From Kondoa subrosea (Eukaryota): DNA of 64,000 nucleotides. This document shows, one piece after another, positions 25,152 through 38,191 of the stretch. Position 1 is the first letter of the stretch. Every line of letters begins with the position of its first letter. Where the stretch lies: contig BCIN01000003.1 of NCBI GenBank assembly GCA_039545335.1, positions 62,001 through 126,000 on the forward strand, read 5' to 3'. Under the pieces are notes generated by a model. It had not been told where the DNA came from, did no database searches, and worked only from the letters and a program-made list of their open reading frames with translations. A program made the position numbers and the translations under genes.

Positions 25152-26624
25152 ATGGCTGAAACTCATCATGGCACAACTGACGAAAAGCCAAAATTCTGGT
25201 AGTCCGTTGGCTATCCATTTCAGAATCTGGAACGCAAGCTGATTAGTGCTGTATCAGCAAACCTGTTGGAGGCTTCTTCGAGCAGACAGAACAGAAAGAT
25301 GATTCCAATGAATCAAAAGGAGTAAAGACTGGACAAAAAGCTTTCGGTCTTCTAGAGTATGTCCGACGAAATTTCGCTTTCACGTACAGATTTGCCAGAC
25401 TTACACGTCACGAGCAGTCATGAATCAGTAGATAGATGGCAAAAGATTGTCGACATGCTTGAAGCATCTCCGGCAACTGCTACAAAAGATCGCAAAGCTA
25501 TCAAGTTGTTGTTTATTGGTCGACACGGTAAGCAGTTGTCGACAGAAGGACCTCGACTTATGATCTTTCAGGCGAGGGTATACATAACATTGCAAACGAC
25601 AAGTATGGCGAAGAAGCGTGGGACAAGAAGTATGCTCATATGACCGGAGAGTGAGTTGCTTATGTTTGACGCGCAACAAAAATTGATATCCAAACATGTT
25701 TGCAGTGATGAATTCACCTGGGGACCTGGTACGCTTGCAAGATAATGATCAGAGGGCGAGCTGACTCTATGATAGATCCACCTTTGACGGACGAAGGTAT
25801 CGACGAAGCCCGTACTATTGGCAAGACCTGGCAAACCGGATTGTCAGATCGATTTCTTGTTTCGCCATACTTGATACTGATAGATTGTGCAGGGAAGCTA
25901 AACCTCGTGAGCTACCATTTCCAATAGAGCGCAGGTTCTATTCTAAAGATTGCTCTAGCTATTCCTTTCCCAGAGACCTTTTACTGCTCGCCCATGCAGA
26001 GACCTTCTCAGACTCTCTTCTAGTATGCTAATATTTTGTAAGTCGCACCATTGGGCTGACAACTTTGCGTTAGCACTTTCATGGAGAATGGATTGTTGCC
26101 CAAAGACCATCCAGTCTACGTCCGCGAGGGCTTGAGGTAAGGTTAACCGTATCGTCATCCTTATGGTCTGATTTAGAAGTCTGCAGAGAAAAGATGGATA
26201 CCAGACAACCACAGAAGAGACGTCCTCTTTCTGAACTGGTCAAGCAATTCCCTTCCTGGCAAATAGCAGATGACATGGAAGAAGATGATGTCCATTGGTC
26301 AGCTGATAAGGAAGAGTCTGATGAAGGTATGTCATCAAATCTCTTGTGTCGTTCTGAACTGACTTGCGTTTCTTCTTTCGCCCGTCAGCTATGGGAAAAC
26401 GAGCTGGTTCTGTTTTAGATGAGATCTTCCAGAAGCCGGAGAAATGTGAGTATTACTTTCCCTTGAACTACTGAAGCTTACTAATGGCTTTTGAAGGCGT
26501 CTCCATTACATGCCATAGCAACTTGATCAAGGGCTTGCTTCGCTTCATTGACCACCCTGTCTTCATGGCACCTCGAGGAGCAGCATTCGCTGTTCTTCTA
26601 GAAGCTAGTCTCCGAGAAGATTAA
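25152..26624 (+). CDS. Histidine phosphatase / phosphoglycerate-mutase-like protein (Pmu1-like)
   Basis: KLLFIGRHGEGIHN, WGPDPPLTDEG, FYCSPMQR, GLREKM, VSITCHS. Confidence 0.9.
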
Positions 26625-26988
26625 ACACGCAACGAGTAAGCTCTTTGCTTGGTTTAGCAGCGGCGCTGACTCTGGGAAGAAGAACCGACCGACCATGAAA
26701 CCACTCTCAGAAACTAATTTTATTGTCACAAATACACGCTATGCACGAATATAATTTATTGCTCACACTATTTACAAACTTGCCTCCCTTGTTGCGGCCG
26801 TGACCTGATGCTGACTATTAATTGACCAATTACAAGCCAATGCAAGGAAGCCAATGCAAAAGCTCGAAATCGACTGAGTACAACCCGTGGTGATCTTGTC
26901 CTGTGTAGGCTTCTATGTTCAGTCTGATTTAGCGGTCTTGACAGTCTTCACCTTATCTTCTGCCTCGGATCAAACCCGTCCCTATCCG

Positions 26989-27914
26989 CTAAGAATAACC
27001 CATACTTCGTCTAAAGCACTCATGTTAGCACTTGATATATCTCCAGATGTACGCAGCGTCTACTCACCTAGACAGCAAGAACCCTTTGAGCGCTCTCGTT
27101 TCGCTCTTACAACTAGCTAACAATTCAGCAGCGCTTCCAGTCCCATTCCCAAGTCCACTAGCACTTCCATCAAAAGTGGAATCCAAGCCTGAAGTAACGG
27201 AAGAAGGTAAAGTTGAATAAGTTCTGGAATTGATAAAGTTGTATTGCGAGATTTGACCACTAAATTCGACCGTTGCTACAAAGATCCATATTCAGTATCA
27301 GGTCTAGTGCCCAAAACAAGGAGAAGGAAACCACCGACTTTTGATTAGATCTGTGATAGGTCTAGGTAATGCTCTTCTTTCTTCATTGAAAGCTTTCAAA
27401 TCGCTAGCCAGTTCCGAAAGACTTGTAGATAAGTTTGAAGTGATTTCTAGCTTCTGTGCTGTTTGCGTCGGAGGTATTGCTAGTCCACCTTGGGATTCAA
27501 GTAAATTGTCAGAAGGTGATTTCGGTTCTGTCGATTCTTGTAATTCCAGTACTAGAGGTGGTTTGAGTGAAGATAAGAGAGTAGAATGTTGTGATAAAGC
27601 GTGAGAATAGAGTCTCTGCATTGCGGTTGTCATTCTACTGATTCTCGGTAAGAGGAAAGCCTGAAGTTCTGTTCCATGAATTACAGTGTCAAACATATGA
27701 GAATAATAGCACGCACGCGATAGATGACTGTGAATAAAGCAGTAGCGCTTCCGCCATAAATGAACAGCAAAGCGAGAGTTCGAAAGAAAGTAGGCAGCGA
27801 TGTCCTCAGAGGTGGTGCGACTGTTATAGCATTGTATGATAGCAGTGTAGGGTCCTTGGAATATGTTTTAGGCGGTAAAGAGGGTTCTGTGCTGAGCTGG
27901 GTACTTTGCGACAT
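26989..27914 (-). CDS. Single-TM coiled-coil protein with a Pex14/Pex17/Pex33-like C-terminal motif
   Basis: TM FFRTLALLFIYGGSATALFTVIY, helical segments, spliced end CKSETRALKGFLLSRRSMGYS, then TAG. Confidence 0.6.
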
Positions 27915-28139
27915 GCTCGTTGCGAATCTACTTTTGCCCCTCTTCCCCGAAACGGTGTATCGTGTGTTGTGAGTGTGTTGTGGCTGTTGTTCTTCTGCTC
28001 GTCAACACTACGATTATCGGACAGCTACTGTGCCGCGTCTGTATCAGATAAGAGCAAAGTGAACGTGAAATTCGCGCATTACGTCGAAAAGAAACTGGTA
28101 TCTAGCTCTAAGTCTGCAGTGGCATTCCTCTAGGCAATC

Positions 28140-30809
28140 ATGGATAGGCGACAAACACCTCGTGTCATCATCGTTGGAGCTGGAATGAGGTGAGAAGAGA
28201 TCTCTTGAAATGTCAGACTGGCCTATGACTTACTTCAATCGCCCAAAGCTCTATCGCGCTGGCTATCAGATTAAAGCAAGATTTGGATCTATTCTCATTC
28301 GGGGCGAGTAGTAATTTGCTATCGTTGCAATGAACGCTGATCTTCTGCTTGCAGATCTACGAGCGAGCGGCAGAAGAAGGAGGCAGTGAGCTCGTGCCAG
28401 CTGATGTTCTGCTTCTGGCTGATTCCTCGATCAGCTTGGAGAGACAACACATATCCTGTAAGCTGCGCCATCCATTTCGAAAGCCTGCTGCTGTCGACTT
28501 GATGCAATGGTTAAGGGATGCGCATGTGTAAGCTACGACCATGTTGGAGAGAAGTAGAAGCTAAATTAAATGTCACAGGACATCCCGTCTCATGTGAGTC
28601 TCAGGGTATCGCAATCAGGATCAGACTGATACAGATATTCTGTTGGTTGCAGTGGTACAGCTTGTCTACCGAGTAAGCCACTACTTTGCTTGAGTGACGT
28701 ACTCTATACCTACCTGCAAACAGTCTGAATCCGGAGTGAGTACTCTAAACAGCTCGAAATATCATCTTCTGAATCTGTTCCGACAACTCACAGCTGGACA
28801 CAAAAGTACGCCTCGCAAACAGAAATCAAGGCTTGTTAGTTGATACCGCCTTTGAGGCGACGCTTGTCTAACTGACTTCGACAGATTGGAAGCGAATCTT
28901 TGCGAAGCATGATTTGGCTAAGCATACAAGGTTCAATCGAACTTTCAAGACTGCTGAGGTAAGTGTTTACTCTTGTATCATCTTCGCCCATCTAAAACAG
29001 TTGATTCAGTGGGATGAAGATCAAGCAGTTTGGAACGTCATCTTCTACAACACATTGAACCCATCGGAAACCTATACCGCCCAAGCGGAGTTTCTCGTTT
29101 CAGCAGCAGGCGGTCTATCGAACCCTTCTTTTCAAAAACAATCTTTGAAAGGCTTAGAAGACTTTCAGGGCAAAGCTTTCCATTCAGCTCAATGGGATCA
29201 TTCAGTCGAATTGAGTGGGAAAAGAGTGGCACTAATTGGGAATGGTTGTTCAGCTGCTCAGATCTTACCTGTGATTTCCAAAGATGAGACTATGCAAATC
29301 ACGAATTTCATGAGGAGTACGTTCTCTATTCTTTGATAAATCGAAAGAATGCAGGCCTGACCGACGATGCAATAGCTCCGTCTTGGATGAGTCCTAGAGT
29401 TCAGTTCTATTATAGCGATTTGCAGAAATGGATCTTCAGAAACGTTCCTTTGGTTATGAAAGCATATAGAAACTGGATGATATTCAATGTTTGTCTTGCT
29501 ATATATTACGCTTTGTCGAGAGACACATTCTATATTCTATAGGGCGATATACGCTGGATTGCCTGGACAAAATATGTACGTTCTTCTTTGAACCAGAAGT
29601 GAAAGCACTCAACAGCCAATTCTAGGGCGCGGCTGCCCGTAAAGGCGTGGAAAAGAGGCTCATTGCCAGAATGAAGAAGATTGCACCCCCGTTCGTCATC
29701 TAAGTTCCTGCTGATATGGATTTTGTAGCTGATTTGGAAGTGACTAGTGAATATCACGAGATGCTTACACCAAAGTACCCGCTAGGCTGCAAACGAATTA
29801 TATATGATCCCGGATATTACCAAGCTTTGAATAACAAGAATGTCAATCTGGTCGCTGACAAGATTGATACATTCACCAAGAAGGGGATTTTGACTGCTGA
29901 TGGGACGGAACATGAGTTTGATGTCATTGTTTTGGCTACTGGGTTCGATCTGGTCAGTTCATCTGGCTTTAAAAGCATTCAGATATGAGATTGAGAGTGT
30001 TGACAGTCTTCCGAATCTACTGGACTCGATGTCAAGGCGTAAGTGATTGCCAAGCGGATCAGACATGTTTCTCATCTTTCTGACAGCAATGGGAAGAGAT
30101 TGGTCGAGGTCTGGAACAGCAAAGGCGGACCACAAGCATACCTAGGTGCGCATCCATAAATAATTGATAGTAGCCAAGCTGAGTGTCTGCCGAACAGGAA
30201 CTTCAAATGCTTTCTTCCCTAACTTTGTCACTTTACTTGGACCGAATGTCGCATCAGGTAAGACGGTCTTTGCCCAGACTGATCCAAAATGTTGCTTATC
30301 TGCGACGGTTTAGGTCATTACTCTGTCCTGGGTAGTTCGGAAATGCAAATCACTATGATTATCAACCTTCTTCGTCCCCTTGTGGAAGATGGTGTAAAGA
30401 GTCTCGTGATCAAGGAAGAAGAAGAAGACAAGTATTCCGACGAAGTTCAAGGTCGGCTTGGCGAGACCGTTTTCGCACAATGTACATCTTGGGTGAGTCG
30501 CTTCTCCTCGCTTTTATGTAACCGCGCTCATGAGTGTGTTTAAAGTATCGAACTGGAAGTAACGGAAAGATCCATGCTGCTAAACCTGGTCTCTTCCTTG
30601 AATATTGGTGGAGAACTCGTTCGACCGATTTCTCGAAATACATTCAGAAAGGCGGTAAATCGCTTGTGGAATCGCAATCTAATTGGTTGCTCAACCAGTC
30701 AGTCGATGTGTGACCTGTATTCCTCTTTACTGAATATGTCTTTCACAGGGGAATGCTGTTTGTCTCTGGAGTTTGCTTGGCTACTAGCGTTTGGAAATTG
30801 ACTGCATAA
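28140..30809 (+). CDS. FAD/NADPH-dependent Baeyer-Villiger-type monooxygenase with C-terminal hydrophobic tail
   Basis: [69 protein letters not shown]. Confidence 0.93.
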
Positions 30810-30917
30810 TGGCAATATCAAGATGATTGGCATGTAAAAATGTATGTATAGCATTCTGTCTCCGCGTCCTTGAGTACTCTAATTCCATTTAAATCTTTCC
30901 TTCTGTCTCGGATCCTT

Positions 30918-31408
30918 TCATTCCTCCTTTGAGTCTATATGAGCGTGATTATTTTCTCGCCTAGATTAAAACACAAACCTGTAGGGCGGTGAATATCCAG
31001 ATCTTCCACTTTCTGCCCTGTCATCTCCTCGATCTTTTGGTTTGTTGAAGGAGCATTGATGCCTTGACGCATTTGCTCGCCTTGAATCTTCTTCTCTTTA
31101 TTACCAGTGAGTGCACCGCTCATAGCCACTGTCTTATGAATCAGCCGGACCAATTACTGCATTGGTGTCAATGGCTCAACTTGCTTCACCCCTTTGTTCA
31201 TAAATATCGCTTCAATTTCCGGTTGCGTAGCAAGGGAAAATACACTCACACTACTTGCTCCTTGAAGGATGGATTAGCTTCCACCACTACTGGTGTCTGT
31301 TGACTGCCTTGTAAGGTTGAATCCTGCACATAATAAGATATGACGTGAGCATTCGGGGTGTATAAGCAGATTCTGTAAGGATTGGCCCACTGTAGTGTTA
31401 CTCTGCAT
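30918..31408 (-). CDS. Small hydrophilic protein (~90 aa), possibly a stress-type hydrophilin
   Basis: Canonical GT-AG exons give MQSNTTDSTLQG...PSFKEQVVGEA...GALTGNKEKKIQGEQMRQG...DSKEE. Confidence 0.55.
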
Positions 31409-31554
31409 ATTGTCCTTGTCTTTGTATATGATCTGTCACTGATGGTGCCTGCTTGCCAACGCTGAAAGTCCGTTATGCAGAGCTTGTCTTGTGTCAGCCA
31501 AACTTGTTCCCAAAGAGCCTCCAGGCGACCCCGTCTTCAGCAGCAGCTCTCAAT

Positions 31555-34500
31555 ATGACGACTGCAGCTGCCCCACGCAGCAGCAATCAAGGGCAAGGCT
31601 CGGCACCTGCATTGGCTACAATGCAACTGTTGGATTCACTGCGCTCTTACTCTGATACTTCCTCGCCTGATGAGACTCACGCCTTAGTAGCTCAACTTCA
31701 AGCTCTTCCTGTGTCAAGCCCATCAAATACTGGCAATACAAACAAATCCAAGCCAAATGCTTTACATCTCGCTGTTCGTTGTGCTCGCGCTTCTGTCGTG
31801 CCTCTTATTCTGGATCATCGACCTAATGATCTCAATGCGAGAGACAATACTGGTTCTACACCTCTTCATTTAGCTTGCTCTTTAGGAAGAACGGATATTG
31901 TTGCTGTCCTCTTATCTCAACCTGACATTGATGATATGATTAAAGACGATGATGGAAAGACATGCTTGGAAAGATCGAAATCGGGAGAAGTAGCTAGATT
32001 GATTCAAATCTCAAGAAACACTTTCAATCAAACTTATCAAGAATCTTTGCTTACTTATATTCAATCTGGTGAGAAACAAGGATTGTTAGCTTGGTTGGAA
32101 AGGAAGAGAGCTAGGTGTATTGATTATTCGGCAAAAGTTCCTGCTGGTTCAAAAGGTACTACGCTTTTGCATGAGGGTCAGTTGTTGTGGAATCCTTGCC
32201 CTTTGTTCATCGTCTGAAATGATATCTGGATGGATAGCTTCTAGAAGGAAAGATATGGATCTGTTGGAACTCGCAGTGGGTAACGGAGCAGATATTTTGG
32301 CCAGAGATGCAAGAGGCAAATTACCGATGGAAGTTGCTAAAGACGCGGAAACGAAGGCATGGTTTAAGCAAGGTTCGCAAAGGTGGCAAGGATTCAGCAT
32401 GTAAGCTGATCCTCTGCAACCACGACAACAGTAATGGTCAAGGAAGGCGCTGCTCTCAAAGCGAATCCAGGCAGCAGCATTTCAGACATGTCAGCTTTCG
32501 ACGCAGGAACCTTGCCTGTACGCAAGGGATATCTGGAGAAATGGACTAATATGGCCAAGTGCGTGGAATGGACTGTCCGCTGTTTTCAGCTTACAGCCCA
32601 ATTTTGTTCACAGAGGCTATAAACAGCGCTGGTTCGTCTTGCAGAATGGTCAACTTACATACTATCGTCATCAAGATGAAGAAGGCAAAGCTTCTCGTGG
32701 TACTATTATGCTCAATACTGCTCGAGTGACCGGTCTTTCGGATGACAAGATGAAGTTTGAAATCTCTTCAAACATTGCCAAATTCAAGTTTTACTGCAGA
32801 GCTGATCATCCATTAGAGGCTGTACGATGGGTTGAAGATCTGAAGACCCATATTGATGCCGGCTCCGCTCATTCGCGTAACGCTTCAAACACATTGTCTC
32901 CTCGTTATTCCACTTCATCAATGCGCGTTCCCTCAAGTGGTGCTTCAGGCGATGAAGCTCCTACAAGCATTACTTCCAGTACCTCAGCCTCACCAGCTGC
33001 TTCTCATGCTGATCTACCCTCGCAAAATCCGAAACGTCAATCTAAACTTGGAGCATTGAAGAGTCGCGCTCTAAACAGACCTAGCTCGAATGCCAATCTA
33101 GCGGCGGCAGTAGCGGCGAGTAGTAATGATCTAGCTGTTCCATCTGTTCCAACTTCTCAAGCTGCTTCCGTTCATTCCGTCGGACCATCGATCATCGAAG
33201 ATACTGACAATGCAAGTTTACTTACGTTTGCTGGTGAACTTGATGATGGAGCTCGACCACCTCATGAAGAGAATTTCTACCTCTTATCTACTTCCGCTAA
33301 AGCCCAAGTTGAAGCGTCTGAAGCCTTGGTGGATTCGCTTTCTGGATCAGATGATGTAAAGAATGCATTGAGACAAGGTTTGAGAAGGTTGAACGTTATG
33401 ATGGATGAATACGCAGACCAAGTTACTGAGAGAGAACAATGGTACCAAAGACGGTTCGAGAGGGAAGCTCAAACTAGAAAATTATGGGAAGAGAACATGC
33501 ATGATGTGGCTGTTCAGCAAGAAGAATTGGAACAAGAATTGCAAAGGACTGCTGCTAAAGGATCTAGAAGGAAGAAGGAACTCAAGGAAGTTAGGATGGA
33601 ATTGCTCAATTCGCCTACAAAGACTGTTATACCTGTATCAGCTGGATTGGAAGGAGATGGGTCACCGAAAGCTTCACCTCAACCTTTGTCATCCACTGCA
33701 ACTCCGACAATTGCTACTGCGAAAGTCGTTGCGCAAGACGAACCTAGCTCGGACGATGAGGATGATGAATTCTTTGAAGCAGTCGAATCTGGTGCTATCC
33801 CATTGAAAGTCGATCCCCCTCTACAATCTCCCGGTGCTCAACCTTGGCCAAGCGATTTCAACATCGAAGAAAGCAAGATGAAAGCTATGGAGCCGTACAA
33901 AACTCTTCGTACTAAATTACCTATTACCAATGATGACAGACCTAGCGTCTCACTCTGGGGTATTCTGAAGAACAGTATCGGTAAAGATTTGACCAAGATT
34001 TCTTTCCCTGTTTCCTTCAATGAACCCACGAGTATGTTGGAAAGAATGGCTGAAGATATGGTATGGGTGATCATTGGCTTTGCGTACTACTTGCTCAGTA
34101 TTTTTCATGCCATACAGGAATTCAGCGAGTGTTTGGATGCAGCTGCTTTAGCTGAAGATTCGACTACACGAATAGCATATGTTGCTGCATTCGCTATGAG
34201 CAACTATTCCAGTACGCTAGGTAGAATCGCTAAGCCTTTCAATCCTATGCTTGTATGTATCGCCTACATCAATAGTGCCTGACTGATGTTATGCTTTACC
34301 TAGGGAGAAACGTTCGAATATGCTAGACTAGACAAGCATTATCGTTACATGAGCGAGCAAGTTTCTCATCACCCGGTCAGTGCCCAACTTGTACGCCATT
34401 AAGCCTTTGCTTATAGACACACATTTGGCATGACAGCCTATCAGCGCCTGTATCTGTGAATCACCTAGCTGGCGCTACTATGGTGAAGTAGATGCGCGGA

Positions 34501-35581
34501 ACAAATTCTTGGGCAAAAGTTTTGAAATCAGACCAACTGGTATAGCACATTGTGAGTGTTTGCTTGTTGCTTCTCTCTATACACTGATCCCTCCGTTGCT
34601 TTCTCAGGCGATCTCCGTCTGTCTGCTGAATCACATCCCAACTACCCGAAAGATTTGCGCGGAAAAGCAATAGAACACTATAGCTGGAAAAAGGTCACCA
34701 CTTCAGTCAGCAATTTCGTGTGTTATGCTCCTTTTTAGTAGCCCATCCTTTCGCTCATGTCTGCGTTTTGATTGCCATAGATCATGGGAAGCCCAATTAT
34801 TGATCATTATGGCGATATGACCGTCACAAATCACCGGACTGGCGACAAATGTGTATTGAGCTTCAAACCTCGAGGGTGGCGTGCAGCGAATGCTCGTGAA
34901 ATCAAAGGAGAAGTCTTTGACGCATCAGGCAAGAAAGTCTGGGATATTGCAGGTCGATGGAATACTCAGCTGGTCGCTCGTCGGGCTGGAAGTTCAAGTT
35001 CGGAGTTACAACCTGATGCAGAAGTACCACGTCAAGAAGCTTATCTGTTGCTTTGGAAGAATGACGAGAAGCCACCAAATATGCCTTTCAATCTGACTCC
35101 TTTCGCTGTATCACTCAATGACAAGAAGCCAGAGTTACTGCCTTGGCTTCCTACAACAGGTACTGCGTTCTGCTTTATGATAGAATGCATCTGATCGTTG
35201 GCGTTTCTAGATTGCCGACTTCGTCCCGATTTGCATGCATTTGAAATTGGAAAGTTCGAAGACGCGAACGATCTGAAGACTGGTCTAGAAGGCGTTCAGC
35301 GTAAAACCAGGCAGCAGCGTGAAGCTGGCACTCTTCCTCCTCACGCGCCTCGCTGGTTCAGTAGAGTCAGTCGTTGCTCCTGAGTTTCATCTCTTGGGCT
35401 GACGATCGTACAGGCGAAAGAAAATGATACGGGTGAAGGCTACTGGGAACCGGCCAAGACTGATTCTGGCGAAGTTGCATATTGGGAAGAGCGATTCCGA
35501 GTTGGACATGCCAAGAGCAAGGGTGAAGATGCTCAATGGACGAATGTTGATCATATATTTGGCAGTTTTGAATTACTCTGA
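31555..35581 (+). CDS. OSH1: Oxysterol-binding protein homologue, Osh1/Swh1/Osh2 type (ankyrin + PH + FFAT + ORD)
   Basis: Ankyrin [20 protein letters not shown]...[51 protein letters not shown]. Osh1 versus Osh2 orthology is not resolved. Confidence 0.93.
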
Positions 35582-35678
35582 TGGAGAAGGGGTGTATTGT
35601 GTGCAGAAACAAGAAATACGAATAGTTGTATGGCTGTACAATATGAGACAATACAATGCAGTTGGGACTTGATAAATG

Positions 35679-37690
35679 CTATGGTATCTTTTTTGTTGAC
35701 TCCTTCGGGACAATGGCTTCCTTCTTCGTTGATACTGGCGCTTTCTCTGCTTTGTCGTAGAGTGGCATTACTGAAGGCAGCGACTTGCTTATTGCCTGCG
35801 ATGCTCTGTCAGAGAGAGCTCAAGCATTACTACCTAGCGTACCTTGACACGTTCCTCGCCCGCAGGATGTGTTCGTAGTAATGCACAGTCATGAATTGAT
35901 GTAATGCCTTGATGACTTTCTTTTTCAACTTCGTTGAGGAATGTCCATAGCACAGTCGCCTGATTTGGATCATATCCAGCTCTAGCCAAGATCTATTCGC
36001 CAAATTAAAGCGATAAGGAAAAAGAGCTTTACAAGCTCACCTGAAGTCCTAGCTTATCAGCTTCCACTTCAAGCTTGCGGGCATAAGCTCTATCCGCCAA
36101 CGTATCATTCGTGAAGTTGATCATAGCAGCTAAAGCATCTTGGACGAAGGGAAATGAAACTATCACCAGCTTTGCTCCAGATTGATCGAAAGCTAGCGGT
36201 TTCCTTGTACTCACGAGTCAAAGCCCAGCTGACACCTCGAATTACATCGAAAGCGACAGAGGATAGCGCATAGAAGCCGAGGTTCTCTAGTACTCTGCTA
36301 TATAAGATGGTACACGCGCGTGTTCACAGCTTAGAACTCATCTGTATGTCGTTCGATCACATGCTAAATATCTCATCAGATAGGTCTGCACTTCGAAGAG
36401 GTCTACTTACCGATATTTCATGACTCAGTATCGCGGCGAGCAATTGTTCATCGTTGTTCAGAAGATCGATCAAACCGGTGTAGACGAAAAGCTCTTTCGA
36501 AGGAAGCTGTAAGCTGCGTGAGCTGCCGCCCCGCAGGCTCATAACAGACGACTGACGACGAAGGCATTGATTTCAGGAGAGTCGCTGAACCACTATGCAT
36601 CAGCTTCATATTCCACCAACCAGAACAGAACTAAATGTACATTACGTAAACGTCCCATGACGACTCGCTTAGTACTACAGATAGCTCGTTAGATAGCTTC
36701 TCATGCACGTAAGCCAGACTAACCCTTTTTAGGGTTCGAGCTTGGAGGTTTGAACGGCATCAAAGCGGAAACTGTTCTCGAGCTAGGTTCAGGTCTTAAT
36801 TTACTTCGCATTCGGTCAGACATATCGTCCGTCACAGTCAAGAAGCCCGCTGCTGAGACACAAGGTGTATCCATCTTGGCAATACTGATATTGAAATGGT
36901 CAGCAGGAATCGGGCCGGGAGAGAAAGAATGAACTACGCTGAAATCAATCTGTCACATATTCGCTTGAGGAGAATAGATCTCTCATCATCGCCTTTCACT
37001 ACAACAGGATTCTGCGCCATGAGGCTTTCCTGGACCAAATTGTTAGCAATTAGACTTAGGAAAGTCGCATGTTCAAGCTCACGAATCGAGCTTGACTCCA
37101 CTCCAATTCTAAGCCGTGTTTCAGAACCATTCTAGTGGATATATTGTGGGAGACTCACCTTCGCGCTCAGACATCAACAACAATCGCCATCGAGCAGTAT
37201 GCTAAATCCATCTTCTGAGCGCAATTGAGGCATCAGCATCGGAAGCGCTTACAGGCGATTGATCCATTCCCAAAGCCAGGACAAGCACGACGGCTAGCAA
37301 CTGTTAAAACCAATCAGCCCAATAGACAAAGCTCAACGTGAAGCTTACGGGTATTTGAATAAGCAGTCGAGTTGCGCCTGGATATTTCTTCCATAACCTC
37401 CAGCGATACCAGAACGGCAGCGTTATCAAAGTCAAGCGGGTAATCTGAACAATGATTGAGAATTGAGCATGAAAGAAGTATGGGAAGTCGAGGCTCACAG
37501 CTAATAGGGAAGCTTTGAAAGCGGGAAAAGAAACGAAGAAGACATCTTTACGAACAGGTGTAGAGCGAAAAGATCTATGAAGAGGACGCAAAGCAAGATT
37601 CGAGTGAAGTGAGACTCGAGGTAAAAGCGCGGTTTGGTTGATCCGATGAGCAGAGCGAATCAAGTAGAGCTGCTGGAAAGCTCGCTGCAT
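35679..37690 (-). CDS. OMA1: Mitochondrial metalloendopeptidase Oma1 (peptidase M48)
   Basis: Arg/Ser-rich presequence, INAFVLPS, FVYTGL, HEISH zinc motif split by an intron, ARKLEVEADKLGL, RTHP. One intron is best modelled as AT-AC (see findings). Confidence 0.9.
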
Positions 37691-38191
37691 AGCGAAAGGA
37701 AGCCAAGGCCCGAGATAAGAGCTTGAGGTTTTGGAAGATGTAGGTTGACCCGCAACCATGACTTTGCTCTCGAGGACGAGTACGGTGTAACAGAGAACCT
37801 TAATATCTGTGTTCTGATGATACCCGCATGCGAAGGACAGCCAGGTATCAGAGATATCGGCTGCGGATTCAAAGTCTCACGCAGGCAATTGCTAAGCAAG
37901 CAGGACAAACTTGTCTTGGACTACTTGTGCAGCGGCGTATTGTCTTTGCGTTATACTGGTCTCCATCGCTGGATTTGTGAAATTGGCTCAATTTCGGTTT
38001 GCTGGATTTGCCTGTATACTATTCTCTGGAGATCCCGCTGCCTGTTGGATGTGCTACTACATGCTCAGATCCTACGAGGTATACCAAGCTGCCATAATTG
38101 ATGCTCTCGTCCCTTTGTGATACAACCGTTCCGTGCTAAAAGAGCTTATCCTATCACGACCAAAACCAGAACAGGATTTCCATCTAGCTCT

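Noticed and set aside
25825..25970. Apparent GC donor and frameshift in the PMU1-like gene
   Set aside because: Resolved by canonical GTCAGA and GTGAGC donors giving WQTGLEAKPPIPFPETFY.
26835..26860. Direct repeat AAGCCAATGCAA x2
   Set aside because: Two short copies in a convergent 3' intergenic region. Not an array or transposon end.
20019..30809. Secondary-metabolite cluster (esterase, monooxygenase, phosphatase)
   Set aside because: No PKS, NRPS or terpene synthase backbone gene, and housekeeping genes are interspersed.
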